Assembly: GCA_046563655.1 (NCBI GenBank)
Contig: CM102290.1
Location: forward strand, 12,524,001-12,588,000
DNA from: Yuukianura sp. NJ FZ-2021
Taxonomy: Eukaryota
Direction of reading: 5' to 3'
DNA length: 64,000 nucleotides
Part shown: piece by piece, positions 52,965-64,000 of the stretch
Numbering within the stretch: the stretch's first letter is position 1
How the letters are laid out: each line of letters opens with the position of its first letter
The notes under the pieces: model-generated
Told to the model about the DNA's origin: nothing
Database searches by the model: none
What the model saw: only the letters and a program-made list of their open reading frames with translations
Position numbers and translations under genes: made by a program

Positions 52965-54300
52965 GACACTTAATATGCCAATATGAGCACATCTACATCT
53001 ACATCTTGTCTTCACATTGTGCCGAGGAATCAGATCATGTTGGACGTATTCTTTAGTCAACGCTAGTCTCCTACGGTCACCTTATTACAAGTGCCGAATA
53101 TTAGTTATGGAAAGCGGGTGTAGTGGAAAAGCTTCCTTCGAAATCCGTCACAAAACGTAAATGTTTCGAATTTTCGTATGGGCGCCTACCAATGTTTTTG
53201 GATCTGAAGGGGAACATGAAGGTCGAATCAAGCTTATTTTATTTACGCCTTTAGTAACTTTGTTTACGTTAGTTTTTAGTGCACTGTAAAAAATAAAAGG
53301 AATAGTCGTGGATATTCCAGTCTTCAATTGGACGGTTATTTCGGAGGTTCATAAGCATAAAGTTATAATTATTTACAACCTAATTGCAATGAATTCTGCT
53401 GTATAAACAAACTTTACGATGGCGTTCCAAGTATTACGCAACTCTAATTACCTCCAAAACTCACCCCGACTAACACGCAGTGCAAATATTGTAAAAAATG
53501 ACGTTCCTGGTAAAAACCTAACAGTGACATTGTGTAATACGGCGACAACTATGACATGGAAGCGACGCTTGGAATTTTCAATGTTTTTTTAACCTAAATT
53601 GCAGCAGCTTTGCATCATATCGTGAACAAACTCCATAAATTTATCATCTTGAAAGCTATTTAAAGCAGTTACGATCTTAATTCTGGTTCGAATGACATGA
53701 TTAAATTTTGCTGAATAATGATGTAAAATAGTACAGTTTTAGCGTGTTCCACTGAAAAGTTGTCTTGTCAGTAGTATAAGGGTAAGATTCGCGTTGTCCA
53801 TGGCAACGAGAATCTCCCATACTCTTTCCCTATACCTCCTTACACGTGAAATTCCCATCTTTTAAAACGGCTCTTCTCCCTCCTCACTAGTTACTACTGT
53901 GTACTCTGTAAATTATAGCAGAATCGTAGTATGTAAATGTGAGTCCAGATTCTGGAAGGCTCAGTCAAGAGAATCGTCGACAGTGAAGAGGGTAGTCTCA
54001 TCACTGTCACAGATCGTCACACGCCTTCCAGTTGATTCAACATTAGGCCTTATTCGGTTTGACCGTCGGTCGTGTCAACGTCTTTTTGAAGTAAGTATAG
54101 GAAGACAATACCCGGTAGAATCTCATCTTCGGGAGTCGACAACATCTGATTTTCGAGTAATTTCGTCAACCGAGGTATTAGCAACGGATTTGAGACGTGG
54201 TTAACGTCTTCGTCAGCATCGTCAGTATCAGTGCGATTTTCCTTATTGAGAAATCGCGTGATCCAGGTCATCGTCTCCAGAACCACACACCACCATTACC

Positions 54301-57300
54301 ATGGCCATTCTTGAGACACTTCTTATCCTTATCCTTATCGGTCCAGTGTCATTCTTCATCGGAACGGTCTTCGTCCTTGCAGCTCTTGGCAAATCATTCG
54401 GATTCCGAAAGAAGTATGTCCACTTCCTCCTCTACTTTTTTGAGGTAAGGTCACGTATTTATGGAATTAACTTAATTAAGACATAACGAACTCATAAAGT
54501 GAAAGGTCATAAAATTGTTGCCATTACTAATCAAAATGGTGTCTCTATTTGAAGCCTTGAGCTTCACCCAGACACAATTTTGACAGGAGTGGAGCCTGAC
54601 CTTGGTAATTCGATCCTGCCCTTGACCTTTCCTTTGTTCAAAGGCCACTAAAACGAGAGCTGAACAATGCATGTGGACATGACACGAGTCACATCAGTTC
54701 GTGTCATGCTCATTACTAATTCGTTGCTAAAGGCTTTTTAGTAGTTCCTAAAAAGTATTTTTGGAATCAATTTCAAAACACATCGGGACGCGAACGGGAT
54801 TTGAATTCGGTTTTTTAAGATGAAAGCTTGGAATGGATTTTGGAAATTCAAAATTTAAGTGAAAACGATCACAATTTGCGTTGGTTTGGTATTAACGTTA
54901 ATGCTAACAATAAGTAACTTGAGTTAAGTGGATTGTTATGGTAGGTAATGGCGCACTCCTTTTTTTAAGCTTTGGGAGAAAAACTTGGAATAGTTTCATT
55001 GTTAATTGGAACTTCCAGTTCCAAATTGGCACTTCCAATTTGAGTGATGTTTGTGGCTTGCTTGTGGGCATCCCTGGAACTGGAACTGGTATACTGTGCA
55101 AAAAAAATTTCCATTCTCTCATCAGTCATTTGTATTTTTATCTACAAAACTCACGAAATCTCGTCAAGGGCAAAATTTTACAAAGACCAAGACAGCCACC
55201 AAAAGTTAAGGTCAAGCAGAAGTTGTTGTTCGTTGCATATTGTAGGAATCACAGGATTTTACAACAACCTGATCTGTAATTACGTGTAACATTACAAAGT
55301 AACGTCCGCACGCCTACATCTAATTACTAATCGCAGGAATTGGTTTAGATTTCTTGAGGCACGTGACGACCACGAAGAATCAAGCATCATGGACGGAAGT
55401 ATCCGTTGATTGTTGTACAGACATTTGTCAGTTGACAGTCGATTAACTAAACTGGGAACCTTACTAAATTAAAACTAAAGTTCATCTCCATCACCAGAAT
55501 CCAGATGAACAGAACATGAACTTGACATGTGAACGCAGGAGATAATCTGTTGGACATAAAAGTCCAGCTTATCCTCTTGTCCAGAGTGCATTAATTCATT
55601 CCCCTCCAACATCTCCATTCGCCTTCCACTAAAATCTAAAATGTCAAGTGGTTTCTCCACTTTTTAAAATGAATTCCATTGAATCCATGGACCGACATAA
55701 GCCATTTTGTATTGAGCGGCGTTGGATCTGGATGTTCTAAATTTAAAGTGCAATGAAATGTTTTATTGAAGTTTTAAAAAATGGAGTTAATTTTTATGCT
55801 AAGAAAAGTAGACCATACGCGGTTTTAATTTTAGTTTAACTGTTGAATATGTTGAATTCTTGAAGTTTATTAATTTTGCTTTGGTTTGTTTGAATTCCAG
55901 TATGGAAGAAAACGGATAGAACATGCACAGAGGGCGAAGGATAACGAACGTATTGATGAGTTCGCTCATGAAGACGACGATTTCATAATGCCGGAGAGGA
56001 GGTCAACTCTGGAAACAGTTATGCAAGAAACGAAACGACGACTGAGCTTCTCCGACGTGAACCAGAATGGAAGAAGAAGAATCAGGAGTCGAAACTCGTC
56101 TTCGGTAAGTAAATCCAGAAAATTCAAAGTGAAATGCTTAAATACAAGTGTATTAATTGATTAATTGATTTGTTTGTTTTTAAATTAGGACTGTGGTGGG
56201 ATAATAACAGAAGAGCGTGCGGAGTTTGCATTGTGTGACGTTTTTGAATTTGCGCAATCCGGAATCGAGTCGATTGTGCAGGACCAGGTCACGCAGAGAT
56301 TTGTGGCTGAAGAACTCAAGGTGAGAAAATCGTTCTATTTTTGTTGTTAATGATTTTTTGTTGTGTTTTGGAAAACCAAATCAATCAACTTCAGTGCATA
56401 AAAAAGCAGTTTTTTTTTACTTTCACGAGTGCCGGATTAACTTTCATGTGGTTGCATTGACTGATAATTAGTATCAGCCTGTTGTTTTGGAAATTGTATT
56501 TGGAACATTGGAATTGGATCTCGAGGGGAAAAGTTTCTTTTTTATCTTTAGCATAAGCTGACTTGATGCAATTTGGTGTCAAAGTGCGAAATGCACCTAA
56601 GATAATTAGGTATTAGGAAATAAGAAAGTCATGTTCACAGAGTATGGTAGGACTCATGACCTGGAAGTGTTCATGGAATCATACGAAGTAAGAATTGAGG
56701 TCATAGTTCAATAGGTCCACCACATTCACGACTTTGACGCATGAAACCACATGGAAGAGCAAGGTCATTGTGAACTGTACTGTACTTGTACATTGATTTT
56801 GAATTTGATAACCACGTCCCCGTATTGTTTTCTTATGTTTGTTGAAATAACATAACCTTAATATATTAATCAATAAATTATTAATTTTGTTTATGTATTA
56901 CTGTGGTTGAGGTTAACCTTTGAATTGTTTCCATTTCAGTCCTGGAATTTGCTGACCAGAACCAATCGTCACTACGAATTTATCTCCTGGACGCTTTCAC
57001 TTATATGGCTGGTTGGGTTTTTGCTGCGATACTGCGTCATGCTTCCTTTCCGCGTCGTCATTTGCTTTGTCGGTGTAAGTCCGATTCTCCTTAATTCTCA
57101 ATTTCGTCGGAAAAGTAGGCAACAAAGGTCAACTTGTTGAGTTTGTTTACCAAAAACAAAATGTGATGTAATGTCATTGACTGCACCCATTTGGCATGTC
57201 ATAGTTAAAAGCCTGTGGGTTTCTAAAGTTATAGGTCAGTTTTTTAATTGCGATTTGTTTTGTTTTTGCAGACAACGACTCTGACGACCTTAACGTTCTT

Positions 57301-59274
57301 CATTGGATTACTTCCAGAAGACTGGCGCATCAAAAAGAAACTGAACAACCACGCATCCAAATTTTCGTTCAGACTTCTATCTCGAGCCTTCTCGGCCATA
57401 GTCACATATCACCAAATTGAAAACAGGCCGCGCAAAAATGGAATTTGTGTGGCCAACCATACGTCACCTATTGATGTCGTCCTATTGGCCTGTGATACTT
57501 CTTATGCTCTGGTGAGACTCCATTTGCACGAGTAGCGTGTTAGTTTCCATGCTCATGACTGCTCGGCTTTTATTTTGGCGGGGTTTGTCAATTTTCATTT
57601 CCTTGCAGCTTACGATCCTTCCTGAATTCTGGTTTCCTTCTCCTGTTCCATCCCGCTGCGATCCATTGCTTTTTAAACGTTCTGGAGTGTACCGAGTTCA
57701 CATTCACGTTGCAAAAATATGCAAAACGGTGCAAAATAACGTTGACATGGGTGTCAGATCCACTGGATACGTCTGGACCGCATTGGTGTTGGGGCTTGAG
57801 AACATGAATGTAGTTGGTACAAGGTGAGCTGTTGGTATGATGCAATCATAAGATAGGAATTAAGTAACTAATTAATAATTGTGCTTCCATAATTAATCTT
57901 GCAGCTTTTTGTTGTTTTCTGAACTTTCACATAATAATCGAATGAGCTTTGCTAAATCTGATTAATCGTAAGCCTAACGTGAGAGTTCATTGGCCAAAAT
58001 GCTTGAAAAAAACTAACTAATGCTATGTTGTGCCCGAGCACATTGGATATTAAGTGATCAGTTATGGTTGTTAACAATATTTATTTCTGTTTTAATAGAT
58101 CGGGCAAGTTCATGGAGGATTTCTGGGCATACTGCAACGAGCGCTTGGCCGAGCATCGTCACACATTTGGTTCGAGAGATCAGAAATGAAAGACAGAGAG
58201 GCTGTGGCTAGACGGTAAGTCTCCAAGTTTACTTTAGAATTTCACACACTAAAAGCCACTACGCAATTATTTGGTAATTATGAAGTAATTAGTGCTCGAG
58301 TTAATCGTGGATTTGTTGATGTCTTTTAGACTGAGGGAACACGTCGAGGATGCCAGCAAGTTGCCGATTTTAATATTTCCCGAGGGAACCTGCATCAACA
58401 ACAGTGCCGTTATGCAGTTCAAGAAAGGCTCATTTGAAGTAGGCGGTGTAATTTACCCTGTGGCCATCAAAGTAAGTCCAATTTCTAGTGTTGGCAAAGT
58501 GATTCTGACTGACGTTATATGACTGACGTTAGTAACTTTATGACAGGACCCCTTGTCACAATGCGTCAAAACCATTCGGATTTTTAATTTGTCTTTGTTT
58601 TTTACAGTATGACCCCAGGTTTGGGGATCCATTCTGGAACTCCCACGAGTACTCGATGCTCCAATACCTCTATATGATGATGACATCCTGGGCAATTGTC
58701 TGTGATGTTTGGTATCTCCCTCCCATGACACGCTTACCAGGCGAGTCGTCAGTTGACTTTGCAAACAGAGTGAGTGTCAGATCCCACAACTTTGGAAAAT
58801 ACAGCGGAACTTCTCATTCCGCAACTTTTAGCTCCACCTCTTCAGATATCGAAATATGGTGGAACCTATAGTTTTGGAGGGATTCACTTGTAAATGAAAC
58901 AAAACGCTTTCCTTGGTACAATATATATCAAATGTGTTTGAATTTGACAGCTTATGTTAGCCGCGTAAGTTTGTATTCAAAACAACCAATCAGCGTGTAT
59001 TGCACAATGAGAAGTTCCACTGTATACCGTTTATGTCAAAATCCGATTCAGTATCACTTATTTTGGTTGAATTTCTGTGCAGGTAAAAGCGGAAATAGCC
59101 AGGAAAGGTGGACTAGTAGACCTTGATTGGGACGGACAGTTAAAACGAGCTCCAGCGAAACGAGAATGGAAAGAAAAGGAGCAACTTAAATATTCCAGAA
59201 AATTTACAAGAGCTGTAAGGCGGATTGTTCCTCCAGGAGAGAGCCAAATGGACAATCCAAATCCCAGTACCTAA
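54301..59274 (+). CDS. GPAT4: Glycerol-3-phosphate acyltransferase 3/4; exons 54301-54444, 55901-56104, 56189-56320, 56940-57074, 57272-57511, 58099-58214, 58330-58471, 58608-58769, 59083-59274
   Basis: N-terminal TM; EELK|SWNLLTRTN; acyltransferase motifs ICVANHTSPIDV, HIWFERSE, ILIFPEGTCINN, IYPVAIK|YDPRFGDPFWNS; GGLVDLDWDGQLKR. Confidence 0.93.
58802..59022. mobile_element. Shorter member of the TA-TSD Tc1/mariner-type MITE family, in last GPAT intron
   Basis: ta|CAGCGGAACTTCTCATT...AATGAGAAGTTCCACTG|ta; both subterminal regions align with the 18084-18482 element (acttttagctcc(g/a)cctct; caaccaat). Confidence 0.8.
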
Positions 59275-59843
59275 AGTACCCCTTCATCTCCGTCTAAATT
59301 ATTATATGCTCAAATGCTGCCAGGAGAGGACCAATGGAAGAGAAGAACCCAGGGAATGCCAAGTTATTTTCGTATGTGTCTCAAGTCGGATCTGTTGTCC
59401 TCTCCCTTTAATGTAAGGGCTATCTCAATTTTGCAAGAATCTGTAGAAAGACTCCTCAGGAATTGGCATGTCCAATACTTGGGGAAGTTGCGGATGATCG
59501 GAGAAGCATCGGGGTTCTAATTACAAGACTAATGGAAGTTACATCTCTGTTAATAATTTTCTAATTAATTATAGTTTCGTACTCTCCATAACGTATTTCT
59601 CATCCTACATATTATATGATACAATACTTCCCAAAAAAACGAAACCCTTGAAAGACTTAACGGAAAATTAGAGATTGAATTGGAGGAAGTTACGACGAAA
59701 GGTGGAAATTAAAAAGAAACAGATGAGAAATTCAATGATTTATCGAAATTTGGGTGGTTTTAGTTATGTTGTTGTGGGAAATTGGAATTTGGGAGAGGCA
59801 ATGCTGGCAGTGTACTGGATTTGGTTGATTGAGTTGTGTCTGT

Positions 59844-61671
59844 TTAGTAGTCGGGTGGAAAGTGTCGAGTGGCCAAGCGCAGAAGTTCTTCATCAATTGG
59901 TGGGCGTGGTGGTGGGGGTTTGCGTGGACCGCTTTCTTCAATGACGATTTTGCCGTTGGCAAGACGAAAAATTATCAAGTTCTGAAGACGTAACCAGTCA
60001 GGCACTTCTACGGTCTCCTCTGCCCGTTCTCCGAGTCGCCTCAATGTCCGTGGCATGTCTCCTTTGACCTGGAATTTAGAAAAAACGTTTTGAAATGAGG
60101 CTTCTCTTGGTTTAGGATTTGGAAATTGAAAAAATATTGGTGGAAACCAAGGTTCCTTGACAACCAAAATAAAACAAATAACAACAGGTTGTCCAATACC
60201 TCAGGGTTTCCAAAAATCTTACTTCAATCAAATTTCTGCACCAACCCCATTTACATTACATGCAAAAAAAAAATAGCATAGAAAGGCAGATTTTTTTAAA
60301 CAAATTGAACTTCCAGTTACTGGACAACATGTTGTAGAAAAAGTTTTTTTTTGTTCAAGAACTTTGGGGGAAAACATACCGTGAGAAATGGTCGTTTGAA
60401 GTAAAATGAAATTTCGTGATCCTGGAATCTCTCCATGTTGATGATACAGCGGAAGCGATGAGGAACCCAGTTCTGTTTGTAGTCCAAATTTTCTCTGGAC
60501 AAGAACAAGATATTTCAACACTTTATGTTAAATGTTAAAATTATGTTAAAACTTACTTGAATTTTGTAGAGTCATAGCCTTCGGCAAAACAGTTGCCAAC
60601 AGTGCTGTTGAACACGTTTTGATGAGTGACGAGTCCATTGAGGATATGGAGTTCCCTTGGTTCATTTGGATTATTGGGATTTCCTGGTGGCTGCAGGTAG
60701 AAATCGCTGTGCATTGATTCTGGCATGCTGATTGAGTCAATCGACGGAAGTGGCACGGGGAAGTCAGCCGATGAAAGCAACTTCGGTGGATGCAGAATGA
60801 GTGGAACCGGTTTGAACTTGAAGTTCGTCTTGAGCCACTTGGCGACATTTCGCATAGCAAAGTTAGCTTTTGGTGGTTTCGGAAGTTGTGGCAACAAAGA
60901 TGGTGGTGACTTGTAGGCTTGTGGTAGTGCCGGTACCGTCTTGGCTCTATCGCCAACAACGTTTCCTAGACTAAACGTGGTTGTACTGGACGGGGATGCT
61001 TCGGACATCCTTTGCCGAATGCTGCCGGGAGTGATCGGCCGAGTGTAAAGAATCTCTGCTTGTTTCGGATTCGGTTTTTGACGTGGCGGAGCAGGCATGC
61101 GCATGAGCCGTTTTTCTTCTTTCCGACATTCTTCCTCGGCCTTGGCACTCACCCATTTCAGTTTCTTGGAATGTTGAAGAAATGGCTGAGATAGTCGTCG
61201 TTCTTCTTGTCGGAGATACTCGGTGGCTCGGTAAAGCTTGTAGGGATCCAAATGTTCAAAGTCAATCGGTTTGAAGTCCTGCGGAAATGGGAAGTGCGGA
61301 TGTTCTGGATCTTCTTCGCTTTTGCCCTTGTCAAGTCCTTCATCTCGGTACACAAGAGCAACAAGTCTGGCTTCACGCTCCGCCTTTCGACGAGCAATGA
61401 ATTCAGCAGCTTCACGTCTCAGTCGTTCCGCAGCTTCTGGCCATTGGATCTCCACATTTTCGTTAAACTTGACCTAAAAACGACAAAAAAAAAATTAAAA
61501 TTTGGAAACAATTCATGTTAAATGTAATGAATTTTGATTTCAATTTACCTGTTTCCGTGATTTCGGTTGAGTAAACGTTACAATTACGGACTCTTCTGGC
61601 TCTGGAAGCGTCTCTTTCAATAATGCTGACAAGTTACTCTCTAGAGCAGCATCCAACTCGTACTTTTCCAT
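59844..61671 (-). CDS. Uncharacterised ~459-aa protein with probable C-terminal alpha-crystallin (HSP20-like) domain; exons 61671-61549, 61473-60557, 60494-60380, 60068-59844
   Basis: Four exons join with GT-AG sites in consistent phase (0, 2, 0). Charged helical N-terminus, Pro-rich middle, and C-terminal HRFRCIINMERFQDHEISFYFKRPFLTVKG...EETVEVPDWLRLQNLIIFRLANGKIVIEE with alpha-crystallin-like spacing. Confidence 0.7.
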
Positions 61672-61838
61672 GTCGAAAAACTACACCGACACTTCGGCCA
61701 GCATTTACCAATTTAAGGATAACCAGAGAAGAAAAAATTTAGAAGCCTCAACACAACTTCACACACGAATTTTCCACTTTTCAAAACGAGTATGTTTCAA
61801 AATCATTGTTTTCTTCATTTCGCATGTTATCAGTCCAT

Positions 61839-61852
61839 GTTGCCATGGAAAC
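61839..61852. promoter_or_regulatory. RFX X-box GTTGCCATGGAAAC
   Basis: Exact match to consensus GTHNYY-AT-RRNAAC, ~170 bp upstream of the ATG at 61671 on the minus strand. Confidence 0.6.
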
Positions 61853-62009
61853 AAGTTAATTAAAATTAAAACAACTACAGTAAGAATTATATTGGTGTTT
61901 TTTTTTGTTGGAAAATGGGAATATTTTTTTGGACAAATTACCATTTTTTTTCTTATCGTCAAAAGAGTAATTTAGAACTTACGTAGTATTACTAAATATT
62001 TCATTTGCG

Positions 62010-64000
62010 TTATGAAAGGATGTTGCTGTTGCCTTTGATGGATTTGGGCTCTTTCGTTTTCAGTTCTTCAACTGAATTCAGTTCATCAAGCAAAATATTT
62101 TTAAAAATTTCATCCTCCTCCTCGTCTTCTCCAGTTTCACTCTCATCAGTATCCGGTAATTCGAATCCCTTAGCATCCAAATACCTGACAGCACGATCAA
62201 AGTGACTCATACTGAAGGTTTCGGTGGCAATCAGTTCCTCCAAAACATCTTGTTCTTCCTAAAATCATGGAAAAGAATGTCATATGCCATCTTCGATTGG
62301 TAATCGTTTTATGTGTTTAAGTTTACGTCTGATTCAGCGAAAGGTAACTCCAGGCACGCCTTGTTTATTTCTTGCATCTCTTCATCTGATAGTTTAGGTT
62401 CGTTTACCTCCGCTAAACTATGCAGCATGCAACCGGTTTTTTCTAACGCCTTCATACAGATATTTGTACAGTAATCAGTCGTGTCGCCCAACACTCTCCC
62501 GCACGGTTCAAATAACATTTGATCCGGATCCTGAAAAAAAAGTGAAACAGTACTGCACTACTTTGCTTACTTCACGAACGATTACGTGAACTTAACTGGT
62601 GTAACTTACGTTGAGGATGTGGGTTTTGCAGTAATCGGAGAAAGGTAGGGGCAAGTTAATACAATTAGACGAATCCTCACTGAAGACACAAGTCCGTTGA
62701 GATGGAGTGCCGGAATATATGTTTTTGTCCAGAATATCCGTCGTCACTACCTTGTCCGCCCTGATGGGCAGCGGACGAATGATAGATTGGACCAGATTAT
62801 ACGGATTTTCAACACAGTTTTCAAATATTATGTCTCCAGGAGGCAAACTTTCGTCACGAATCTGTAATGCTGCGTACTTCTAAAACAAAAGTTTTCAAAA
62901 TTTAAAAATCAATGAGCTACAACTAATTTCACGGTATGCTTACCTCGTTTTCCTTCATTGCTTGAAGTAGAACGACCTTCTTGGCTCCACAGCGATGGCG
63001 GTACCTCATGAGTGCTAGGCTTCTCTCTCGGTTCTCCATCTCCTCTTCCTTGTACTTGTCCGTTAGCTGTAGGTTCCTTCTGTAACTGATGAACTTTGGA
63101 TCTGATGTGAAGCTGAACTTGAGTAAATCGTTTTCCTCTGATTCATCCACACATCGCTGTCGACAGTCCATATATGCATCTTTAAGGCCACTAAATTGAG
63201 ATTTGTAAAGAGACCGCAACTTGTCAAGTCTGGACCGGTAGATTGAAATCACTTCGTCTGTGGAGTAGTAGCCAGCATGTCTACACAGAGAAACAAATAA
63301 CAGGAATGTTCATGCACCATTCAACAAACAATGAATCATAGTCGTAGTAAATGCAATAAAATGTTATGCTTTATAGTACTTGAGCGGGTCTTCGTCACCA
63401 GTCTCGACGTTGTCCTCGTCAGAATCCTGGTCAGGTTGAAACCGGGAGAGGAGTTGGAGGTCCCTTGATTGATGTTCCAGTAACTTCGTATCGAAGTCCG
63501 AAAAATAATCTTTGAGGTCGTCCTTCTCTTTTGTTTCTCTTTCGTGTAACACTGGAGAGGGAGGGGTAGGTACCGTCTCTTCTATAAACAACAAGAGTAA
63601 GTCAGTGTCGAGGTGAATCAATCAAACCGGTAAATCATAAAAGAAAGCTCACGTCCATCGCCTCCCGGAGACGCAGAAGGTGACGGAGGGAATGGAGGGT
63701 CGCTGCCTATTATTCGCTCCAGTTCTTCCATCAACGAGTCCATACTGTCCTCGTCATCGATTATGATCTGTTCTTTCCTCTGCTTACGCAGTCTTGTGGC
63801 GGTTACACACGCCGAATGAACTTCGCAGAATTTACTGTCCAAAATCAAACAAAATGTTAGAAGAATCCAGGAACACTTTGCTCAAAGGGAGAAAATTAAC
63901 GTCAATCATGCCACTGATTCTTACAATTCCCGCTCGTCCTCCCCATAAACAGTTTTCTTGCAAGGTTTGAGGCTGAAAGGATCGGTGTAGATGCACTGAG
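62010..64000 (-). CDS. KANSL2: KAT8 regulatory NSL complex subunit 2, 5' partial; at least 7 exons
   Basis: DPLK|HAGYYSTDEVISIYRSRLDKLRSLYKSQF, ALMRYRHRCG, and zf-C3Hc3H CVFSEDSSNCINLPLPFSDYCKTHILN|DPDQMLFEPCG...C...CMLH match KANSL2 landmarks. Confidence 0.82.

Noticed and set aside
60181..60335. 18-bp imperfect inverted repeat (acaacaggttgtccaata) in an intron, motif also near 43330
   Set aside because: Possibly a small MITE, but no TSD could be identified, so not called as a feature.

Overview
Gene-dense eukaryotic DNA with short GT-AG introns, most likely from a compact arthropod (probably pancrustacean) genome; this taxon call is inference from the windbeutel-type ERp29 and the arthropod-type proneural C-terminal motif. 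I assembled 18 intron-containing protein-coding genes by hand: ARL6IP4/SR-25 (5' partial), RNFT, a divergent GPN3-like GTPase, ERp29/windbeutel, an orphan class A GPCR, NDOR1, two convergent achaete-scute-family bHLH genes, API5, hippo/STK3-4, ALDH7A1, ADA, SmE, UBE2H, ARL3, GPAT3/4, an orphan gene with a probable C-terminal alpha-crystallin domain, and KANSL2 (5' partial). The window also holds several non-autonomous DNA transposons (hAT with 8-bp TSD, Tc1/mariner-type with TA TSD, Harbinger-like, CCC-terminal with AT TSD) and two minisatellites. The best leads are (1) the ~459-aa orphan alpha-crystallin-domain protein with a perfect RFX X-box upstream, a candidate ciliary/sperm-tail small HSP; (2) an intact GPN3-like gene that has lost the GPN motif; (3) a two-gene achaete-scute cluster sharing an intron inside the bHLH, with Hairy/E(spl)-type sites upstream; (4) a GPCR with a ~400-aa third intracellular loop and degenerate activation motifs. 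Family assignments come from motif recognition by eye, not database searches. No tRNA, rRNA or CRISPR features were seen.
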